In this document: in pieces, positions 19,538 through 28,719 of the stretch
Layout of the letters: each line of letters begins with the position of its first letter
Position numbering within the stretch: position 1 is the first letter of the stretch
Assembly: GCA_035301805.1 (NCBI GenBank)
Contig: DATGTQ010000079.1
Coordinates: 3,672-67,671, forward strand
DNA length: 64,000 nt
Direction: 5' to 3'
Source: Tissierellales bacterium
GTDB taxonomy: Bacteria; Bacillota; Clostridia; Tissierellales; DATGTQ01
Made by a program: the position numbers and the translations under genes
The notes under the pieces: generated by a model
Database searches by the model: none
What the model was told of the DNA's origin: nothing
Seen by the model: the letters and a program-made list of their open reading frames with translations, nothing else

Positions 19538-20698
19538 TTGAGTAGAAAAATATTAAGATTTATTTCAATATATTTAACAATAATCCTAATTTTATTAAGT
19601 CCAAATATAAGTTCTGCAGAATCTGAAGAGGTTTTTGATATTGATGCAAAATCAGCTTTATTAATGGATTTTAATACAGGAGAAATAATATATGAGAAGA
19701 ATCCTCATGAAAGATTAGCACCAGCGAGTATTAGTAAAATAATGGTTTTATTAATTGCAATGGAAAGTATAGAAGATGGAAAAATAAGCTTAGATGATGA
19801 GGTAATAATAAGTGGTAATGCTGAAAGTATGGGAGGAAGCCAAGTATTTTTGGAGGAGGGGGAAGTACAAAAAGTAGATGATTTAATAAAGGCTATTAGC
19901 CTTAGATCGGCTAATGATGCTAGTGTAGCACTGGGAGAACATATTTCTAAAAGTGAATCAGCCTTTTTAAAGTTAATGAATAAAAGAGCAAAAGAGTTAG
20001 GAATGGAAAATACTAATTTTGCTAATGCTACAGGCCTACCAAATGATAACCATTATACTACGGCTTATGATATAGCTATAATGTCAAGGGAATTAATGAA
20101 ATACCCTAAAATACAAGATTGGCTAACGCTATGGATGGCTGAAATGAAAGTTTCTAGGGATAAGGATATAGTTCAAGGCTTAGTAAATACTAATAGATTA
20201 ATAAAAGATTATGATGGAGCAAATGGAATTAAGACAGGTTCAACTCAAGAGGCAGGATTTTGTCTTTCTGGTTCAGCAAAAAGGGGTAATTTACAGTTAA
20301 TATCAGTGGTCTTGGGTTGTGAAAATTCAAAGATTAGATTTGAAGAAAGTAAAAGACTTCTAGATTATGGTTTTGACAATTATAACTCTGTTACTATAGG
20401 CAAAAAAGGTGATATAGTTGCTCAAACAAAGGTAAATAAAGGAAGTGAAGAGTTTACTAATATTGTCTTGGGAAGAGACAGTTTTATACTTGTACCTGAA
20501 GGTTCCTCATCAAATGTAGAAAAAGAAATTAACATACCAGAGACAATTGATGCACCTATAGAAATAGATAGGGTTATTGGAGAATTAATTTTGCAAATAG
20601 ATGGAAAGACAATTGATAAGGTAGATTTAGTATGTGAAAAAAAGATTGAAAAGGCTAATGTCTTAGATATGATAAAGAAGATAATTAATATGTATTAA
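19538..20698 (+). CDS. D-alanyl-D-alanine carboxypeptidase (S11 low-MW PBP)
   Basis: 386 aa. Signal peptide plus the SxxK (ASISK), SxN (SAN) and KTG (IKTGST) motifs. Confidence 0.87.
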   Translation: MSRKILRFISIYLTIILILLSPNISSAESEEVFDIDAKSALLMDFNTGEIIYEKNPHERLAPASISKIMVLLIAMESIEDGKISLDDEVIISGNAESMGGSQVFLEEGEVQKVDDLIKAISLRSANDASVALGEHISKSESAFLKLMNKRAKELGMENTNFANATGLPNDNHYTTAYDIAIMSRELMKYPKIQDWLTLWMAEMKVSRDKDIVQGLVNTNRLIKDYDGANGIKTGSTQEAGFCLSGSAKRGNLQLISVVLGCENSKIRFEESKRLLDYGFDNYNSVTIGKKGDIVAQTKVNKGSEEFTNIVLGRDSFILVPEGSSSNVEKEINIPETIDAPIEIDRVIGELILQIDGKTIDKVDLVCEKKIEKANVLDMIKKIINMY

Positions 20699-20716
20699 TA
20701 GAAATATATAAATAAT

Positions 20717-20785
20717 AAGCTAGATATAATTGTTTTTTATTCTATTTAGTTATACAATATATCTAGCTTTGTTATTTATATTTTA
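20717..20785 (+). terminator. Long imperfect hairpin / terminator after the dac gene
   Basis: Arms 20717-20733 and 20754-20769 (AAGCTAGATATAATTGT / ACAATATATCTAGCTT, one bulge), followed by a T-rich tail. Confidence 0.5.
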
Positions 20786-20854
20786 AAGTATTATATAAGG
20801 GAATTGTCAATTAAAAATATAGAATTAATTTATTATTTTGAAAGAGGGTTTGAT

Positions 20855-21448
20855 ATGGTTTTAAATAAAATTATTGCTTTACCAGGTTTATTTATGGCTA
20901 TTATCTTTCATGAAGTGGCCCATGGATATACAGCCTATAAATTAGGGGATCCTACTGCTAAAAACGCAGGACGTTTAACTTTAAATCCAATTAAACATAT
21001 CGATTTAACAGGATTTTTATTTTTATTGATTTTTAAATTTGGATGGGCCAAGCCTGTTCCTGTTAATTCTATGTATTTTAAACATAGGAAAAGAGATATG
21101 ATACTAGTATCTTTAGCTGGCCCTTTAACTAATTTCCTTTTAGCATTGGTACTTGGAGGGATCCTTTCTATAGGTTTTATTACAAATGAAATAGTGGCTC
21201 AGATTTTAATTATTGGTATTTGGTATAATATAATGTTGGGAATATTTAACTTACTGCCATTTCCTCCTTTGGACGGTTCTAAGGTAGTTGCTAGCTTGTT
21301 GCCTACTAAATATGAATACTTTTTTTATGAAAACCAACGCTACTTAAGTTTAATACTAATTATTTTAATATTAACTAATTCAGTTGATAAAATACTAAGT
21401 CCTTTAATTGACTTTACTTTAAATATAATGATGAAAATATTTGCTTAA
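20855..21448 (+). CDS. Site-2 protease family (M50) membrane metalloprotease
   Basis: HEVAHG zinc motif in TM1 and a polytopic layout. I prefer ATG 20855 (SD GAAAGAGGG upstream) over the track's TTG 20804. Confidence 0.7.
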   Translation: MVLNKIIALPGLFMAIIFHEVAHGYTAYKLGDPTAKNAGRLTLNPIKHIDLTGFLFLLIFKFGWAKPVPVNSMYFKHRKRDMILVSLAGPLTNFLLALVLGGILSIGFITNEIVAQILIIGIWYNIMLGIFNLLPFPPLDGSKVVASLLPTKYEYFFYENQRYLSLILIILILTNSVDKILSPLIDFTLNIMMKIFA

Positions 21449-21462
21449 CTAGGGGTAATAAT

Positions 21463-22206
21463 ATGGAGTATAAAGTAGTATTAGAAACATTTGAAGGTCC
21501 TTTAGATTTACTATTGCATTTAATAGAAAAAGCAGAAGTAGATATTTATGACATCCCTATAAGTAAAATTACTGACCAATATATAAAATATTTAAAGAAT
21601 ATGCAAAAATTAGATTTAGAAGTTACTAGTGAGTTTTTAGTTATGGCATCAACATTATTAGAAATAAAATCGAAAATGCTTTTACCTAAAATTAAAAGTG
21701 AAGATAGGAATAATAGCGATAAAGAAGAAGCCCAAGAGGATCCTAGATATGATTTAGTGAAAAGATTATTAGAATATAAAAGATATAAGGTTGTTTCCCA
21801 AAAGTTGAGACAACGGGAAAAAAAACAAAATAAAATATTTTATAAACCTCAGGAAGATTTAAGTCATATTGAACCTGAGGAAGAGGACATATTAGAAGAT
21901 TTGGAATTGGAGCAATTAGTTATAACTTTAAATAAAATATTAAAGGATAAAAATAAGAATTATGAACCAATAAATTTTGATGAAATACATAGGGATGAAA
22001 TTACATTAGATGAATGTATAAAAGAGGTTAAAGATGTACTAAGAAGAAAGGGTAGTATTAAGTTTACTCAGTTATTCCATGATAATGTTACTAGGACGGA
22101 AATAGTAGTAAATTTTTTATCAATTTTAGAACTTGTCCGATTAAAGGATGTAACTATTATACAAGAAGAAGACTTTTCAGATATACTAATTATAAAGACT
22201 GAATAA
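21463..22206 (+). CDS. scpA: Segregation and condensation protein A
   Basis: 247 aa. LETFEGPLDLLLHLIEKAEVDIYDIPISKITDQY is the canonical ScpA N-terminus. Confidence 0.9.
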   Translation: MEYKVVLETFEGPLDLLLHLIEKAEVDIYDIPISKITDQYIKYLKNMQKLDLEVTSEFLVMASTLLEIKSKMLLPKIKSEDRNNSDKEEAQEDPRYDLVKRLLEYKRYKVVSQKLRQREKKQNKIFYKPQEDLSHIEPEEEDILEDLELEQLVITLNKILKDKNKNYEPINFDEIHRDEITLDECIKEVKDVLRRKGSIKFTQLFHDNVTRTEIVVNFLSILELVRLKDVTIIQEEDFSDILIIKTE

Positions 22207-22221
22207 AGAGGTGCCTATAAA

Positions 22222-22758
22222 GTGGATAAGAGAGAAATAAAATCAATAATTGAATCTTTGTTATTTGTTTGGGGGGATCCTCTTTCTTTAAAAGATATAG
22301 CTAATGTATTAAATATAGAGGAGAAAGAGTTAAAGACAATAATTAATGAAATGATAGATGAATTTGATTATGAACGTAGAGGTGTAAAAATAAGCAAAAT
22401 AGACAATGGGTATCAGTTAGGAACGCGAAATGAACATTTTAAATGGATAAAAAAGCTTTGTGTTCCAAAGGAAAATAAAAGCCTTTCTAATGCTGCTATT
22501 GAAACCTTATCTATAATAGCCTATAGTCAGCCAATAACAAAGACTGAAATTGAATCTATAAGAGGTGTTAGATGTGATAAGGCAGTAGAAACTCTTGTTA
22601 ATAAAAAACTTATTGAAGAGAGAGGTAGGTTAGATAGAACTGGAAGACCTATTATATATGGAACTACAAGTAGGTTTTTACAGTATTTTGGTTTAAAAGA
22701 TTTAAAGGAATTGCCACCTCTTAATAATATAGAAGAAGATATTATTGGAGAAAAATAA
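22222..22758 (+). CDS. scpB: Segregation and condensation protein B
   Basis: 178 aa. IIESLLFVWGDPLSLKDIA and SQPITKTEIESIRGV winged-helix repeats. GTG start with SD AAAGAGGTG. Confidence 0.9.
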   Translation: MDKREIKSIIESLLFVWGDPLSLKDIANVLNIEEKELKTIINEMIDEFDYERRGVKISKIDNGYQLGTRNEHFKWIKKLCVPKENKSLSNAAIETLSIIAYSQPITKTEIESIRGVRCDKAVETLVNKKLIEERGRLDRTGRPIIYGTTSRFLQYFGLKDLKELPPLNNIEEDIIGEK

Positions 22759-22827
22759 TACATATATGTATTATTTTTCTTTTTTTATGGCATCATAACT
22801 AATAGCAATATTAAAAGAGGTGAGAAA

Positions 22828-23394
22828 ATGCTATGGATAATATTGATTGCCATTTTATTAATCATATTATTTTTACCAATTAATATAAAAATAAAATTTA
22901 ATAATGAAAATAGGAGCAAATTAGTTGTAAAAATTACACTACTAAAAGATTTAATTAACCTACCTGTAAGTTTTAAGAATAAGGATAAAAATAGTAGTAA
23001 AAATAAAGAGAAAAATAACTATTTAGATAATATCTTTCTAAATAAAAAATATATTATATATTTTTTAAAAAAATCAAAAGTTTTGCAATTTAAATGGACT
23101 ACTATTGTAGGATTTAATAATGCAGCAACAACTGCTATTAGCACAGGAACCTTATGGTCTATAAAGTATAATGTTGTAGCTTTCTTCTTTAGGGATAAAC
23201 CTATTGAAGATTTTTTTATTAATGTGGTGCCAGAATTTAATAAAAATAAATTTAATACGGAAGTTATTTGCATAATTAAAACTAAAGTTGTTCATATTAT
23301 TATTATAGGTCTATGGATTTTAATACGAAATAAAGGTGGTGAAAGAGTTGTCGGAACACCCAATAGAAGGTTTAATGAAAACAACTATGGATAA
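22828..23394 (+). CDS. ytfI: DUF2953 (YtfI-like) sporulation membrane protein
   Basis: 188 aa with an N-terminal TM helix. It is paired upstream of a GerW/YtfJ gene, as in the ytfIJ operon. Confidence 0.55.
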   Translation: MLWIILIAILLIILFLPINIKIKFNNENRSKLVVKITLLKDLINLPVSFKNKDKNSSKNKEKNNYLDNIFLNKKYIIYFLKKSKVLQFKWTTIVGFNNAATTAISTGTLWSIKYNVVAFFFRDKPIEDFFINVVPEFNKNKFNTEVICIIKTKVVHIIIIGLWILIRNKGGERVVGTPNRRFNENNYG

Positions 23395-23800
23395 TTTAAA
23401 GGAAATGATTGATGTAAATACTATAGTAGGAGACCCTGTTCAATCTCCTGATGGTTTAGTAATTATACCAGTTTCAAAAGTATCTTTTGGTTTTGCATCT
23501 GGAGGTAGTGAATTTAATTTCGCGCCTTTTAATAAAAATATAAGTGAAATAGAGGCAGATAAGCATCCATTTGGAGGAGGTAGTGGAGCCGGAGTATCAC
23601 TGCAACCAGTTGGTTTTATAGTAGTTGGCAATGAACAAATTAAGCTAATGCCTGTAGATGAAGGAAATAATGCTTTAAGTAGTTTCTTCGATTTTATGAA
23701 TTCTATGTCAAATAATGTACAAAATATGATAAATAATAAGAAAGATAATGAAACTACAATAAAGGTAAAAAATAATTCATATGATGATGAAAATGAATAA
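23348..23800 (+). CDS. ytfJ: GerW/YtfJ family sporulation protein
   Basis: IEGLMKTTMDNLKEMIDVNTIVGDPV...VIIPVSKVSFGFASGGSEF and PFGGGSGAGVSLQPVGFIVV are family hallmarks. I prefer TTG 23348 (SD AAAGGTGG 8 nt upstream) over the track's GTG 23336. Confidence 0.8.
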   Translation: MSEHPIEGLMKTTMDNLKEMIDVNTIVGDPVQSPDGLVIIPVSKVSFGFASGGSEFNFAPFNKNISEIEADKHPFGGGSGAGVSLQPVGFIVVGNEQIKLMPVDEGNNALSSFFDFMNSMSNNVQNMINNKKDNETTIKVKNNSYDDENE

Positions 23801-24890
23801 GAAATATATAATATTATCTATAGGAGTTTGCTTACTACTATTTAGCGGTACGATAGGTTATGCTGATGGTGTAAAAGTACATGGTGAAGGGGTTATATTA
23901 ATGGATACTGATTCTGGAAGAGTATTATATGAATATAATCCCTATTCAGAATTATCTATGGCTAGCACCACCAAAATTATGACTGCTTTGGTTGCTCTTG
24001 AAAATGGAAATTTAGACGATATAGTAACTATTAAAAAAAGCAGTGTTGGAATAGAAGGGTCAAGTATATATCTATATGAGGAAGAGGAAATTTCTTTAGA
24101 AGATTTATTATATGGATTAATGCTTAGATCAGGTAATGATGCGGCAATAGCTATTGCTGAGTTTATAGGAGGTTCTGTTGATGGATTTGTTGAATTGATG
24201 AATAAGAAGGCAAAGGAAATCGGTGCAAGAAATACAAACTTTACTAATCCCCATGGCCTTAGTGATGAAAATCATTACACTACTTCCTATGATCTAACCA
24301 TTATTACAAGAGCAGCCTTAAAAAATGAGAATTTCAATAAAATTGTTAAAACTCAAAAATGGGTTGCAAATAGGGAAAAAAATCAATATTTTTATAATAA
24401 AAATAAAACCCTATGGCAATATGAAGGGGGAGATGGGGTAAAGACTGGTTATACAAAAAAAGCTGGTAGATGCTTAGTTGCTAGTGCAACTAGGAATGAT
24501 TTACAATTAATATCTACAGTATTAAATGATGGGAACTGGTTTAATGATTGCTATGAACTTTTAGATTATGGATTCCAAAATTTTTCTCAGGTAATTATAT
24601 ATGATGCAGGTCAGTATGTTGAAAATGTAGAAGTTATTAACGGAAATAAAGATAAGGTACCGATAGTTACTAAAAATAGTTTCACTTATCCTTTAAGAAA
24701 AGAAGAGATAGACAAAATAACGGTTTTCTATAAATTGCCACCAGGAATAGAGGCTCCCATTAAAAAAGGAGAAGAAATAGGAGAAATATCTGTGTACTTA
24801 GATGGAAAACTAATTCATACTGAAAAGATGATAACTAAAGAAAACATAAATAAATTGAATATTTTAGAAAAGATGCTTAAGAACCTATAA
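23781..24890 (+). CDS. D-alanyl-D-alanine carboxypeptidase (S11), second paralog
   Basis: 369 aa. Signal peptide plus SxxK (ASTTK), SGN and KTG (VKTGYT). The start is ambiguous among ATGs at 23781-23793. Confidence 0.87.
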   Translation: MMMKMNKKYIILSIGVCLLLFSGTIGYADGVKVHGEGVILMDTDSGRVLYEYNPYSELSMASTTKIMTALVALENGNLDDIVTIKKSSVGIEGSSIYLYEEEEISLEDLLYGLMLRSGNDAAIAIAEFIGGSVDGFVELMNKKAKEIGARNTNFTNPHGLSDENHYTTSYDLTIITRAALKNENFNKIVKTQKWVANREKNQYFYNKNKTLWQYEGGDGVKTGYTKKAGRCLVASATRNDLQLISTVLNDGNWFNDCYELLDYGFQNFSQVIIYDAGQYVENVEVINGNKDKVPIVTKNSFTYPLRKEEIDKITVFYKLPPGIEAPIKKGEEIGEISVYLDGKLIHTEKMITKENINKLNILEKMLKNL

Positions 24891-24909
24891 GATTAGGTTC
24901 TTATTTTTG
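24878..24909 (+). terminator. Intrinsic terminator
   Basis: TAAGAACCTA (24878-24887) / TAGGTTCTTA (24894-24903) stem, then TTTTT. Confidence 0.8.
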
Positions 24910-24969
24910 TAACATAAATAATTAATATTAATAATCTAGTAGAAAGAGCAATAAAGGGGGCAAAAAAAG

Positions 24970-25914
24970 ATGGTTAAATATTGGAAATGTGTAGATGCTG
25001 GCAGTGAATATTGTCCTTGCTATTTAGCTGAAACTAAAAATTGTATTTCATGTTCTCAATTAAGGGGGGAAGAATTTTGTGATTGTCAATGGAATGGTGT
25101 TTGTATTTTAAATGAATATATAAATAATCTAGAAAAAGTTTCTCTTAGTAGGAAAAATTATAAAGGAAAGATAATTGATAAAAAGATACTAGAGAATGGT
25201 GTAGTTATTATTAAAATAAAGACGGAAAAAGATTTAGTTAAGAATTTAATGGAACCGGGATCTTATGTTTTTATTAAAGGAATTAAAGATGAAGATTATT
25301 TTAAAACTCCTATGTCTATTTTTAAAATAGACTCAGAAGCAAATATTTATATAGTATATCAGGAACTTGGATGTAAAACTAAAAGCTTAAGGGATAAATA
25401 TGAAATTAATATAAGAGGGCCTTATTGGCATGGAATCCTAGGAAGTAGGAATTTAAAAAATATTACTAATTCAAAATCTTTAGTTATAGCAAGAGGTATT
25501 GGACAATCTTCGATTTTATTAGCAACTGAAAAATTAATATCTAATAATAATAAGGTATATATTATATTAGATAAAGGAAAGCTAAATAGTTTATATTTTT
25601 ATGATTTTTTTGATGATATGGATAAAGTAATTATAAAAGAGCTGGATTTATTTACAAAGGAAGGAAGTACCTTCTTGGAAAGTATACTAAAAAAAGAAAA
25701 ATTTAGCCTTGTGCTAAGTGGAGGTTCCAATATGTTACACAGGAGGATAAGTAGTAAGATAAGTCTTTTAGACGAGAAACCATATTTCTTAACTTCAAAT
25801 AATGGTATCCTTTGTTGCGGTGAGGGAGTATGTGGGTCATGTATGGTGAAAACCATAGATGGAACAAAGACAAAATTGTGTAAATCTCTTGTAGCTCCAA
25901 ATAAATTGTATTAA
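24970..25914 (+). CDS. PyrK-like FAD/NAD(P)-binding electron-transfer subunit with N-terminal Cys-rich extension
   Basis: 314 aa. 8 Cys in the first 45 aa (CVDAGSEYCPCYLAETKNCISCSQLRGEEFCDCQWNGVC). Ferredoxin-reductase-like middle region. C-terminal CCGEGVCGSCMV...LC, a PyrK-type [2Fe-2S] motif. Confidence 0.55.
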   Translation: MVKYWKCVDAGSEYCPCYLAETKNCISCSQLRGEEFCDCQWNGVCILNEYINNLEKVSLSRKNYKGKIIDKKILENGVVIIKIKTEKDLVKNLMEPGSYVFIKGIKDEDYFKTPMSIFKIDSEANIYIVYQELGCKTKSLRDKYEINIRGPYWHGILGSRNLKNITNSKSLVIARGIGQSSILLATEKLISNNNKVYIILDKGKLNSLYFYDFFDDMDKVIIKELDLFTKEGSTFLESILKKEKFSLVLSGGSNMLHRRISSKISLLDEKPYFLTSNNGILCCGEGVCGSCMVKTIDGTKTKLCKSLVAPNKLY

Positions 25915-25930
25915 GAGGGGGTATTTGTAT

Positions 25931-27208
25931 ATGTCTAAGGTTGTAATTATAGGTGGTGGTTGGTCCGGTTGTGCGGCAAGTATTACTGCTAAAAAGGCTG
26001 GGGCTGAAGTAATACTTATTGAAAGAACAGATATGCTGCTAGGTTTAGGTAATGTTGGTGGTATAATGAGAAATAATGGTAGGTTTACAGCTACAGAAGA
26101 AAATATATTATTAGGTGCAAAAGAACTTTTTGAAATAACTGATAAATTTTCAAGGCATAAAAATATAGATTTTCCAGGTCATAGCCATGCTAGTTTATAT
26201 GATGTGAATGAAATTGAACCAGAAGTGCGAAGACTGCTTATAGATATGAATATAGAACTAATATTTAAAAAAAGGGCTACAGATGTTATAATGAAGGATA
26301 ATGAAATTACAGGAATAGTATTAAGTGATGAAAGCACTGTATATGGAGATGTGTTTATTGAAACTACAGGAAGTACAGGACCTATGGGTAATTGTCTTAA
26401 ATATGGTAACGGATGCTCTATGTGTATTTTAAGATGTCCAACCTTTGGTCCAAGAATAAGTATTAATAATAAAGCTGGTATTGATGATATAGTTGGATTA
26501 AAAAAAGATGGAACTGTAGGGGCCTTTAGTGGTTCTTGCAAATTAAATAAGGATTCTCTTAGTAAAGAAATAAGGGAAAAACTAAATAGTACTGGTGTTG
26601 CTATACTACCTGTTCCTTCAGAAGATATAAATTTTGATAAATTAGATAAAAAAGTATGTCAACAATATGCCTTAAAGGAATATGCTGAAAATATTATACT
26701 TTTAGATACTGGTCAAGCAAAAATAATGACTTCGTTTTATCCATTAGAAGAACTAAGGAAGATAAAAGGCTTGGAAAAAGCTAAATATGAGGATCCTTAT
26801 TCTGGTGGCATAGGAAACTCTATAAGGTATATTTCAATGGCACCTAGGGATAATAAAATGAAAGTTAAGGGCATAAAGAACTTATTTTGTGGAGGGGAAA
26901 AGGCAGGTTTATTTGTGGGCCATACAGAAGCTATATCTACAGGAAGCTTAGCCGGTCACAATAGTGTACGGTTTATAAAAAATGAACCCTTAGTTGAAAT
27001 ACCAATAGATTTGGCCATAGGGGATATAATTAGTTATACTAACAAAGTTATGGGTACTGAGGAAGGCTTAAAAGATAGATATACTTTTGCCGGTGGAAGT
27101 TATTTTGAAAGAATGAAAAAACAAAATTTATATACTATGAATATAGAGGATATAAGTAAACGGGTTAAAGGCACCGGATTATTAAATCTGTATAACTCGC
27201 AAATTTAA
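25931..27208 (+). CDS. FAD-dependent oxidoreductase with internal Cys cluster (function unknown)
   Basis: VVIIGGGWSGCAAS dinucleotide-binding motif and the Cys cluster GNCLKYGNGCSMCILRCP. ATG 25931 has better SD spacing (GAGGGGG +9 nt) than the track's TTG 25925. Confidence 0.6.
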   Translation: MSKVVIIGGGWSGCAASITAKKAGAEVILIERTDMLLGLGNVGGIMRNNGRFTATEENILLGAKELFEITDKFSRHKNIDFPGHSHASLYDVNEIEPEVRRLLIDMNIELIFKKRATDVIMKDNEITGIVLSDESTVYGDVFIETTGSTGPMGNCLKYGNGCSMCILRCPTFGPRISINNKAGIDDIVGLKKDGTVGAFSGSCKLNKDSLSKEIREKLNSTGVAILPVPSEDINFDKLDKKVCQQYALKEYAENIILLDTGQAKIMTSFYPLEELRKIKGLEKAKYEDPYSGGIGNSIRYISMAPRDNKMKVKGIKNLFCGGEKAGLFVGHTEAISTGSLAGHNSVRFIKNEPLVEIPIDLAIGDIISYTNKVMGTEEGLKDRYTFAGGSYFERMKKQNLYTMNIEDISKRVKGTGLLNLYNSQI

Positions 27209-27245
27209 TAAAATAACTACTAAAGAAAAATGAAAGGGGAAAATT

Positions 27246-27953
27246 ATGAGATTACAAAAATACATGGCACAGGCAGGTGTTGCTTCTAGAAGAAAATCGG
27301 AAAAAGTAATCCTAGATGGAAGGGTTAAGGTCAATGGAAAGAAGGTTACAAAATTAGGCACTAAAATAAATCCTAAGGAAGATATTATTCAAGTTGACAA
27401 TAAAAGAATTAATATGGAAAATACTATGATTTATATTGTGTTAAATAAACCTATTGATTATGTTACTACAGTAAAGGATGAATTTAATAGAAAAACAGTC
27501 CTAGATTTAGTTAAAGGAGTGGAGGAAAGAATATACCCAGTAGGTAGACTGGATTATGACACTTCAGGACTTCTTTTATTAACTAATGATGGTGATGTAA
27601 CTTATAAAATGACTCATCCTAGTTTTGAAGTTGATAAAACATATATTGGAGAAGTTAAGGGAATACCGACAGAAGATGAAATTAAAAGGTTTGGAGAAGG
27701 TTTAATAATTGATGGGTATAAAACTTGGCCAGCTAAAGTCAAAATTTTAAAAGAAAATGTGGAAAGTTCAATTCTTAAAATTACAATACATGAAGGAAGA
27801 AATAGACAGGTAAGAAAAATGTGTGAAGCAATAAATCATCCAATAATTAATTTAAAAAGAGTTAGTATAGGAGAAATAAATTTAGAATCTTTAAATATAG
27901 GAGAATGGAGATTTTTAAGGGAAGGAGAAATTGAATATATTAAAAGCTTTTAG
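27246..27953 (+). CDS. rluB: 23S rRNA pseudouridine synthase RluB
   Basis: 235 aa. S4 domain (MRLQKYMAQAGVASRRKSEKVI) and catalytic GRLDYDTSGLLLLTNDG. Confidence 0.88.
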   Translation: MRLQKYMAQAGVASRRKSEKVILDGRVKVNGKKVTKLGTKINPKEDIIQVDNKRINMENTMIYIVLNKPIDYVTTVKDEFNRKTVLDLVKGVEERIYPVGRLDYDTSGLLLLTNDGDVTYKMTHPSFEVDKTYIGEVKGIPTEDEIKRFGEGLIIDGYKTWPAKVKILKENVESSILKITIHEGRNRQVRKMCEAINHPIINLKRVSIGEINLESLNIGEWRFLREGEIEYIKSF

Positions 27954-27990
27954 CATTAGAACAATAAATTTGCTCTAATGCTATCTTTTT
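27951..27990 (+). terminator. Intrinsic terminator after rluB
   Basis: TAGCATTAGA (27951-27960) / TCTAATGCTA (27974-27983) stem, then TCTTTTT. Confidence 0.7.
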
Positions 27991-28133
27991 GCCTTTTAAA
28001 TTACCGACTATATTGTTATAATGTTCTTGGACTTCTAAAAAATTATATATAGTTGTCTTAAAATATAATTATGGTATATTAAACATGTAGCATAAAAGAA
28101 GAGACTTTTATTATTGTTGTAGGAGCGATAGAA

Positions 28134-28718
28134 GTGAAATATAAATATATGAATAACGTTCTTAATATATCAAAGGCTTTAATGGATTTAGCAATTTATA
28201 ATGGGGATACAGTAATAGATGCAACTGTTGGAAATGGAAATGACACTTTATACATGGCTAACTTAATAGGAGATGAAGGAAAAGTTTATGGTTTTGATAT
28301 ACAAAAAACGGCTATAAATAGAACAAAGCAGGCATTAGAAAAGGCAGGCTTTAACAATAGGGTTACGCTTATAAATTCTGGCCATGAGACTATGGATGAG
28401 TATGTGAAGGAAAAGGTAAAACTTGTTGTTTTTAATTTAGGTTTTTTACCTAAAGGAGATAAAAAAATAACTACTTTGCCAGGCACTACTATAATGGCCA
28501 TGGAGAAATCTTTGAAACTTTTAGTAGATAATGGTTTATTATTGATTATTTCTTATATAGGCCATAGTGGTGGTTTAGAGGAAAAAGAAGCTGTAGAAAA
28601 TTACCTTAAGGAACTGAATCAAAAAGAATATAATGTTTTAAAATATAAGTTTATAAATCAAATAAATAATCCGCCTATATTATATGGCGTAGAAAAACGA
28701 TCTTTTAAGGAGGGCTAA
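28134..28718 (+). CDS. mnmM: Class I SAM-dependent methyltransferase, YtqB/MnmM-like
   Basis: 194 aa. VIDATVGNGNDTLYMA SAM-binding motif, with size and layout as in the YtqB (MnmM) family. GTG start. Confidence 0.55.
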   Translation: MKYKYMNNVLNISKALMDLAIYNGDTVIDATVGNGNDTLYMANLIGDEGKVYGFDIQKTAINRTKQALEKAGFNNRVTLINSGHETMDEYVKEKVKLVVFNLGFLPKGDKKITTLPGTTIMAMEKSLKLLVDNGLLLIISYIGHSGGLEEKEAVENYLKELNQKEYNVLKYKFINQINNPPILYGVEKRSFKEG

Positions 28719-28719
28719 A

